Shown piece by piece: positions 52,541 through 59,700 of a DNA stretch of 64,000 bases (its first letter is position 1; each line of letters begins with the position of its first letter). The DNA is from a virus. The notes beneath the pieces were generated by a model. The model did no database searches. It was not told where the DNA came from and worked only from the letters and a program-made list of their open reading frames with translations. The DNA lies in the IMG/VR virus record IMGVR_UViG_3300021495_000002, positions 1 to 64,000 of that record; one strand, 5' to 3'. A program made the translations under genes and the position numbers.

Positions 52541-53527
52541 ATGGGTGATTTTGCAAACTTACTCCGGATTGTTAAGGCTGGTGATGATGCTAATCAGAAA
52601 AGCTACTGGATGAAAAGACTCAGTAAGGGTACTCACGAATTGATGCAGGCTTACAACGTGACTGCTGAGCACCTTGTTCGAGAGGAATTATACAAAGAGG
52701 TGCTCCGTGGCGCTGAGGAAGTGCTCTGTATGAGAGAGGTTCTCCCAATTTACAGAATGAAGAGGAATGAACTCAGGTTCGTTCTCACAGATGCTCCAAC
52801 TGGTATGCTTCCACTTGTAGCACCTGGTTCAAGCCTTCCTGAGGGTCCAGACGTCAAGTTCAAGAGTGATGTTACATTTGTGGCTCAGAAATATGGTGAG
52901 AAAGTTGGTATCCCAGAGGAACTCATAGAGGAGGAAGAGTTCGATGTGATAGAGCTATTAGTTCACAATGAAGGTCGTCGAGCGGAGAACCGACTAAATG
53001 ACGTAGCAATGAAGGCGCTATTAAACGCAAAGAGCAGTGTGGAGAGTACAGACAATGTTTCGATAATAGACAGGATAGTGGCAATGGTAAAGAAAATGCG
53101 AAAGAACAAGTTTGAACCAGATACCATCGTAATGACTCCAGACGCGGAGGCAGAGATACTCAAGTACATGGTGGGTGAAACAAAAGTAGCAAATACAACT
53201 GGCGAGGCTGGTTATGGCAAAACTGGTGTTCCAGAGGTATTCAGGACCAAAGAGATAGGCAGACCAATAGTTGGTCTTAAGCCATACGTGTTGTCAAAGG
53301 AGGTGGCTGGTGATTCCCTGAGTTGGGGTGGTGATGATACCAATGCACACATCTGCATCCTTGATAGAAGGATGGCGGGTGGTATTGGTATGAGAAGCGA
53401 TATAGCAATAAAGAGGTTCGAGGACCCACTTAACGACTTGAGAAACCTGAAGATTACTATGAGAATATGTGCAGAGACATTCTTTGCTAACGCAATTGAA
53501 CTGGGTGACATAGCGAGCCTCTTGTAA
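52541..53527 (+). CDS. HK97-fold major capsid protein (paralog 2, 328 aa)
   Basis: Position after protease/scaffold/decoration genes. FEPDTIVMTPDAEAEIL and the C-terminal ILDRRMAGGIGMRSDIAIKRFEDPLNDLRN blocks. Paralogous to 35183-36037. Confidence 0.75.
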   Translation: MGDFANLLRIVKAGDDANQKSYWMKRLSKGTHELMQAYNVTAEHLVREELYKEVLRGAEEVLCMREVLPIYRMKRNELRFVLTDAPTGMLPLVAPGSSLPEGPDVKFKSDVTFVAQKYGEKVGIPEELIEEEEFDVIELLVHNEGRRAENRLNDVAMKALLNAKSSVESTDNVSIIDRIVAMVKKMRKNKFEPDTIVMTPDAEAEILKYMVGETKVANTTGEAGYGKTGVPEVFRTKEIGRPIVGLKPYVLSKEVAGDSLSWGGDDTNAHICILDRRMAGGIGMRSDIAIKRFEDPLNDLRNLKITMRICAETFFANAIELGDIASLL

Positions 53528-53565
53528 ACGTAAACTTTATATTTCTATTCTTTCTTTTGTTCGCT
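53524..53565 (+). promoter_or_regulatory. Extended conserved element after the capsid gene (GTAAACGTAAAC-TTATATTTCTATT-CTTTCTTTTGTT)
   Basis: About 40 nt that align nearly base for base with 56058-56100. Ends in T-runs. Confidence 0.5.
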
Positions 53566-53603
53566 GTTTCAGATTTTTACTAATATTCGAGGAGTAGTCG
53601 CAA

Positions 53604-53759
53604 ATGTTAGGATTGTCATTGATAATAGTGGGAGTGATAGGAGTTTGGGCTGCTGTAATAATGGAGATAAAGACACATGCGGATTTATGGGAAATCCTCA
53701 TGAAGGTATTTCCAACGTTCTTTGGTGTAGGTACATTTCTATACTCAATAGGACGTTAG
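53604..53759 (+). CDS. Small two-TM membrane protein (51 aa)
   Basis: Own translation MLGLSLIIVGVIGVWAAVIMEIKTHADLWEILMKVFPTFFGVGTFLYSIGR. GAGGAG upstream. Confidence 0.4.
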   Translation: MLGLSLIIVGVIGVWAAVIMEIKTHADLWEILMKVFPTFFGVGTFLYSIGR

Positions 53760-53762
53760 GAT

Positions 53763-53933
53763 ATGTGGAGTAAAAAACATTGGCATAAGGAATATTTCGA
53801 AATAATAAACAAGGGCTCAATAGACAAGGACAGTGTATCAGACTGGGAGTACGAGTGGGCGGGTCTTTCATTCCCAGATGGTTATCATCCACGTAGAATA
53901 CTTGTAGGTGGACGATTAGATTATAAGCCATGA
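53763..53933 (+). CDS. Small hypothetical protein (56 aa)
   Basis: Own translation MWSKKHWHKEYFEIINKGSIDKDSVSDWEYEWAGLSFPDGYHPRRILVGGRLDYKP. Stop overlaps the next ATG (ATGA). Confidence 0.4.
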   Translation: MWSKKHWHKEYFEIINKGSIDKDSVSDWEYEWAGLSFPDGYHPRRILVGGRLDYKP

Positions 53934-54436
53934 TAAATCCCACAATTTCTTTCAAGACGGACAAACTAAAAATATTAGGAAAGGATAAAGAATTAGCTTC
54001 TCATTTATACACTGCGAGTGAGAAGTCTCTCACTATAATGTTGAGAACGCTCCGTCGAAATTGTCCTGTGGGCAAAAGACCTGCCAGAGAAACTCACCCC
54101 GGTGAACCTCGAATGAAGAATGCCATCTTTGCTAAGAGATATAGAGAACCCGGATTATTTGGTGGAAGCGTTTACATAGATACTAAGATTTGTCCTCACG
54201 CGTATTACTACACTTACGGTCGAAGAGGTGGTACTTTGATCTTCCCTAAACAGAAAAAAGCTCTCACAATTGTGAAACATTGGATGACCAAGTCAGAAGC
54301 ACCATTACGTAAGTGGTCCCGATTGGGTAGTATGAGAGGACATACAGAGTATCTTCAAAAGACAGTAACTGAGGTCCAACCAAAAATACGTAGCCTATTT
54401 AGAGGAGCTGTCAAAGTTTGGATGGGTGAGTTATAA
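53930..54436 (+). CDS. Head-tail joining protein (HK97 gp10-like?)
   Basis: 168 aa in the connector region. LRRNCPVGKR...HPGEPRMKNAI loosely resembles the gp10-family block. Confidence 0.35.
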   Translation: MINPTISFKTDKLKILGKDKELASHLYTASEKSLTIMLRTLRRNCPVGKRPARETHPGEPRMKNAIFAKRYREPGLFGGSVYIDTKICPHAYYYTYGRRGGTLIFPKQKKALTIVKHWMTKSEAPLRKWSRLGSMRGHTEYLQKTVTEVQPKIRSLFRGAVKVWMGEL

Positions 54437-54766
54437 ATGTACGGAAACATTAGAAACCTGAAGCGTCTTTTGGAAATTCCAGAGAATGATGTCACCTACG
54501 ATTCAACCCTTGAGTATCTTCTTGAACAAGCCAATGTTTGGTTGAGTACAAGAGAGAGCGTGACTCTTGATGATGATATTAAAAATTCAGCTTGTGAATT
54601 CTTCGCAGCTTATCTTTATCGTAGTAGAGCAGAAATGTTATCTCCCTCAGGTGAAATAAGTGGAGTTGCCTCTCAGTATAAACAGATAGCCAATCAACTC
54701 ATTGACAATGGAATAAAACAAGCTACTAAAGATAGAGACTTTGCATTTAAGAAGGTGAATGAATAA
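54437..54766 (+). CDS. Head-tail connector/adaptor (gp6-like)
   Basis: 109 aa. N-terminal LKRLLEIPENDVTYDSTLEYLLEQANVWL is typical of gp6-like connector proteins. Confidence 0.45.
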   Translation: MYGNIRNLKRLLEIPENDVTYDSTLEYLLEQANVWLSTRESVTLDDDIKNSACEFFAAYLYRSRAEMLSPSGEISGVASQYKQIANQLIDNGIKQATKDRDFAFKKVNE

Positions 54767-55200
54767 TGTTCATAGAAGGCGGAAAGAAATATTTGGATGT
54801 GATAGTAGATTGCATAAGAGAGGAACTCGATAGTGCAAACAAAAACATTCCGGTGTTTGTTCAACATTTCCTCAGACCCTCTGATACTGGACGGGTGCCG
54901 TTTATATCAGTAATTCTCGATAGGATTGATAGAAATTCTACTACCATAGGACGGGCACTTCAACTTGCTAACATTTACTATCTCATAACTCTGGTAGAAA
55001 AATACAAAGAAGAAACACTCTTTACAGACCTTCCTACGATAGAGGACGCCTTGATGAAAGTCCAAGGTAGGCTCCCGCAGGAAACCGAGAGTGCTTCCAT
55101 AATTTCCATAGAGGTTGCTTATGAAGAGATAGGCAACTTAGTTCTTCAAGCTTCTCAAATTTCTTTCGTAGTAGAAGCCACTTTAGAATACTTTTATTAA
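54766..55200 (+). CDS. Hypothetical head-tail/neck protein
   Basis: 144-aa ORF; start overlaps the upstream stop. Position only. Confidence 0.4.
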   Translation: MFIEGGKKYLDVIVDCIREELDSANKNIPVFVQHFLRPSDTGRVPFISVILDRIDRNSTTIGRALQLANIYYLITLVEKYKEETLFTDLPTIEDALMKVQGRLPQETESASIISIEVAYEEIGNLVLQASQISFVVEATLEYFY

Positions 55201-55217
55201 ATTAGGGAGGACATTAA

Positions 55218-55550
55218 ATGAAAGAGATAGCAGAACAGATTGTGAACGTTTTCGAATCAGCAATTGAAGCTGAACGAGAAAAATTAAAAAGATGTAGTTC
55301 TTCTGATATTACACAGGAAGACGCAAGGAAGCATTACCTTGGAGAGGTTTTAGAGTCTCTTGAGAAAAATGGCTTCAATAAAAATCAAATAATTAAGATT
55401 TTCCGTTGGGCAGTGTACCTTGAAGCTGCTCAGCGTGTCGGATTTTCAGAGAAGAGATCGAGGTATGGTCGCATTCATGAGTGCAGAGACGCTTTGATTT
55501 CCTCTTATTCAGAGGCTTTAGATAGTCTATTAGATAATATACGAAACTAA
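55218..55550 (+). CDS. Hypothetical protein
   Basis: 110 aa, GGAGG upstream. No motif recognised. Confidence 0.45.
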   Translation: MKEIAEQIVNVFESAIEAEREKLKRCSSSDITQEDARKHYLGEVLESLEKNGFNKNQIIKIFRWAVYLEAAQRVGFSEKRSRYGRIHECRDALISSYSEALDSLLDNIRN

Positions 55551-55591
55551 ATTATTTCATATTTTTATGTATAAATTAAGGAGGAAGGCTT

Positions 55592-56062
55592 ATGCCTACA
55601 CCCATTAAAGGTTGGAAAGGTGAAGTCCGCATTATAGGTGCGGATGATAACAACTCATGGTTCGATGCTGCTCCTGATCCATTATTAGAACGAAGTCCGT
55701 TGAGTACGTCGGTACCTACTGACAAGGTATATGTGATAGGTAAGAAGAGTCCTGTCGCTATATTAGAGGGTGAGCAAGAGATTACAGGTACGGTAGAGAG
55801 GGCGTTCTTCGATAATGAGTCTGCAAATTACGTTGCTATGGTTGGCGGTGAGCTGAAGAGGCTCACAGATTTGGCTGGTGTAACAGAGACTGAGATGATT
55901 GAGTGTAAGATGAGGATACGACCAAATGAGTCCTTTGATATTCTGCCAGGTTACATCCTAAAAGGTGTAAAGTTCTCAGACTGGGGTCTTGATATGGCTG
56001 CTGGTGACATGACAAAAGAGCACGCAGACTACTCGGCAACAGATGTTGAGAAGGAAGAATAA
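55592..56062 (+). CDS. Putative major tail (tube) protein
   Basis: 156 aa with a strong AAGGAGG site. Position immediately upstream of the chaperone and tape-measure genes. Confidence 0.5.
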   Translation: MPTPIKGWKGEVRIIGADDNNSWFDAAPDPLLERSPLSTSVPTDKVYVIGKKSPVAILEGEQEITGTVERAFFDNESANYVAMVGGELKRLTDLAGVTETEMIECKMRIRPNESFDILPGYILKGVKFSDWGLDMAAGDMTKEHADYSATDVEKEE

Positions 56063-56100
56063 GCGTAAATTAATATTTCTATTACTTTTCTTTTCTTGTT
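56058..56100 (+). promoter_or_regulatory. Extended conserved element after the tail tube gene (ATAAGCGTAAAT-TAATATTTCTATT-ACTTTTCTTTTCTTGTT)
   Basis: Aligns with 53524-53565. Ends in T-runs. Confidence 0.5.
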
Positions 56101-56121
56101 ATTAAAAGGAGGCTAAAAGCT

Positions 56122-56511
56122 ATGAGCGAAATGAATTTGGAAGAATACCTGAAGAGGCAGAGAGAGGTGGAAGAGATAACTTTACCTTCGGGTCTTAAGG
56201 TCAAAATACGAAAGCGTCTTTCACCATTACGCTGTCTAAAGATATTGGGAAAAGCTAATGTGAGCTGGGATGAGATGGGTCCTGGTCTCTCCATAGATAA
56301 GTATAATGCGTTTTGTGAAATAGGCTTTTCTGAACTTCTTGTTGAACCTAAAGTTCCCGAAGATATAGCAGCCGAAGACTTTGAGGATAAAGACTTTAGT
56401 GAACTTCACAAGATACTCATACGAAACTTCCAAGGTAATATCGAGGAGGACGTAAAAGGGTTAGGACCCAAGGAGTTAGATAACAAGGATTTTACTACAC
56501 CGTCCGAGTAA
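56122..56511 (+). CDS. Tail assembly chaperone (G-like)
   Basis: 129-aa acidic protein directly upstream of the tape measure gene. GGAGG upstream. Confidence 0.55.
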   Translation: MSEMNLEEYLKRQREVEEITLPSGLKVKIRKRLSPLRCLKILGKANVSWDEMGPGLSIDKYNAFCEIGFSELLVEPKVPEDIAAEDFEDKDFSELHKILIRNFQGNIEEDVKGLGPKELDNKDFTTPSE

Positions 56512-56708
56512 TCTCGGAGAAATGTCACGTCAGACCATCGGATATTCTTGATCCTTATGACGAACTTCCATTTATAGATAAAATTAAATTAGATATCGCT
56601 GTGCTTACCTCCCGGACCAAGGAGGCGAGTCAAACCATGTCGCCTCAAGATGCTGAGGCTTATTTAGAACAACTGAAGATTAAGAAGAAAATTGGTAGAA
56701 AAGATTGA
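56484..56708 (+). CDS. Possible -1 frameshift extension of the chaperone (GT-like)
   Basis: The -1 frame is open from 56484 to the TGA at 56706-56708 and has no start codon of its own until an internal ATG at 56637. It overlaps the last 27 nt of the chaperone ORF, which contain a T-run (56490-56493). Confidence 0.35.
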   Translation, partial: QGFYYTVRVISEKCHVRPSDILDPYDELPFIDKIKLDIAVLTSRTKEASQTMSPQDAEAYLEQLKIKKKIGRKD

Positions 56709-59700
56709 GGTTGTATTGGAAGGAGTAGACCGAACGCAACAGGCGTTCGCTACTTTCCGTAAGAATGTAGAGAGTTCGGTTAGTGAGTTAAGAAAAGCAA
56801 GAGCAGACGTATTAGCGTACAGTGAGAGCGTCAAGAACGCCATCAAGTGGCAAGAGATGACAGCAAAACAGTATGTTGAAGCCACGTCTCAGCTTCGAGA
56901 ATACGACAAGTATGTTAGACGAATGACTACCCAGATTCCAGAGAATCAACAGGAGCAAGCTCGATGGGTTAAAGCTATTAAAGAGGGACTAAACCCAATA
57001 GAGAAGTACATTGCCAACTTTAAGGAAATCTCTCCTCTGTTAGATAAGGTTGCAGATAAAGCTTTAAATTATAACTACACACTATTAGAAAGTACAGGAT
57101 ACACAAAGAAGGGTTCAAAGTATACTGAGACACTGTCCAATAGATTTCGAAGATTAGCTCGTTCCTTCTCAGAGGCTCAAGGTCCTCTTTACAAATGGGG
57201 ACGGGTATTCAACCACTACTTGCCTATCATTTTCGTGGGTGTATACGCATTCCGGAATTTAGAACAAAAACTTGAACAAATAACAAAAGCCTTTGCTGAT
57301 TTCGAGTCCCAACTTGTGGTGGTAGAAAGGACAACAGGAATGGCTCACGATACAGTTGAGCGACTTGGCAAAATTTTCCTTACTCTCGGAGAACAATTAC
57401 CTGTGCCTCTTGAAGGGTTAGAGGATATAGCTATCACAGCAGGACGATTAGGAATACGAGGAGAAGCTAACATCCTTGCCTTCACTGATGCTATAGTCAA
57501 GATGTCTAATGCAACTGTGCTTTCTGCCGATTCAGCTTCCAATGCTCTTGCACGCATAGCTAATGCTATGGGCATTCCTATTCCTTATGTTGAGAATCTT
57601 GGTTCGAGTATAGACATCTTGGCAAACACATCCGCTGCTAATGCCGAACAGATAGCAACAGTCATGAGAAAGGCTGCTGGTGCAGCTAAAACTATGGAAC
57701 TCCCAGCTTCTGCTCTGGCTGCAATGGGTGCAACTCTTGTGGAAAGTGGTGAAGAGGCAGCACGAGCTGGTACCAGAATATCGAGAGCTTTGGTGTATGC
57801 CTCAACAAAGACTGGAGTGATGGCAAGACAAATGGGACTGTCAGTGAAAGAGCTCAGAAAGAGGATGGAAGAAGATATGCTTGGTGTGCTTCTCGATTAT
57901 TTAAAAATGCTCAGAGATACTCCTTCCAAAGTAGAGCGTCTTTCGATGGCACATGAAGTCTTCGGAATGATAGGCACAAAAGCAATAGTGAAGCTTGCAA
58001 ACAATTACGATACCTTAGAGAAACACATAAAAGACGCTCAGGACGATATGGTGTATAATATCACACTTGAACGAGAGTATGCGAAAACACTTGATACCAC
58101 GGCAGCCAAAATGCAGATGTTGGATAACGCAATAGAACGACAGAGAATCATCTTAGGAGAAAAGCTTGCTCCAGTATACTTTAAGATGAAAGAGATTGTA
58201 CTTTCTTTCTTCAAGGCTTTGGCTGGACCTGAACCAATTGAATATGGAAACATTGTAGTATCTCTTGGTGAAAACTTAGAAAGATTGTTAACGCCCAGTA
58301 AGTCTCTCTTAGCTATTTCAGATAAACAAACATCTTTTTATGAAAAGTCTTTAGAGGACATGCCGCATTTGATAGCTTATGAAGACGCTTTTGCTAAAGC
58401 CATAAACGCGACGTCTCAATATGAGTTTATAGGATATACTCGTGCGAAACAAAGATACGAAGAGATCAAGAAAAATAGGCGCACTATTGAGGAGTCGAGC
58501 AGAAGTTTGTTATCTCATGCCAAAGCGATGATGGAAGATGCTGCATTCACTGGAAGCTCCATCATCCAGCACGCATATCTCAATAAAGTTATGCAGGGCA
58601 CAATTCACTTTGTGTCACGTTACGAAACAGGCATTCAAAGCTTAAATAAAGCCAAAGATTTACTCTTAGATTTAACTCTAAGAGGTTTGGGTATTCAGGA
58701 AGCTTGGGATAATGCTCTGATGCAGGAAATTAAGAACATTGAAAAAGATGTTAAAGCTCATCATGGCTCTGCTGTGGAATTTCTTGCGAGAGCCGATGCT
58801 GTCAAAGAGGGCGCTTTCTCTCAAATTGTATTCAACGACGCCATGAATAAAGGGATGCGAGTACTCGCTAAATACTCTCCTCACATGAAGCGTGCAGTTT
58901 CTCTTGCCGGTTCTCTGACCAAGACTCTTATAGAAGAAGGTGTAGCTTCGACCGAACTTAAGAACGTATGGGAAAAATTAGGAGAGTTGTTAGAGGAGCG
59001 AATAGAACTGTCAACTGAGCTATCTCAAGTCGAACTCCAATGGAATGCTACCACAGAACATAAACTGGACCTTGAAGCTGAACTCTCAAAGATTTGGGAA
59101 GATCAATTAGATGTGATTAGTAAGCTATTAGAAGGTAGCGACAATTTAGCTCAGTCTTATTTTACTCTTAATGATGCTCTTCAATATTTGAATGGTCAAT
59201 ATCCCACATTTGAGTCTCTCACGAGAGGAATACTCGCGTCAGTAGAGGGAGCCGTAGTTCCTATCAAAGCCCTTGATTTAGGTATAATAAAATTGGGAGA
59301 TATCCTCCCTTCTAAGTACTTTAAACCTCTCGATATCCTTCTAAAAAAACACGCAAAAGTAGTTGAAAGCTTCGATGAATTGAACGCTGCCGAGCTTGAA
59401 TATGGAGCTGGCAGTGAAGAGGTAATAAAAGCAAGAGCTAAGACTCAAGAAGCTGTGGACGATTATAGTAAGACTCTTACCGAATTCGCACCACTTTTGA
59501 CGGAACTCAATAAAAAAGAAAAGGAATGGGGACTTACGGAGAGTAAGCGCTATATGCAAATTAAGGATATGGCTGTTCTTTCAAAAGATGAATTAGACAC
59601 ATATAAAAAGGCTATTGATGCTTCTTCTCAATACTATAGCAATTTAGACCGTATGATGGAAATTCGAGATGAAATAGCTTCCCTTACTCAACTCCAAACC

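Noticed and set aside
8919-55550. Shared motif between 8919-9341 (IVEKILDIFERAISAEIENR) and 55218-55550 (IAEQIVNVFESAIEAEREKL) as evidence of another paralog pair
   Set aside because: The similarity is confined to one amphipathic helix of about 20 residues. That is too short to distinguish from chance without statistics.
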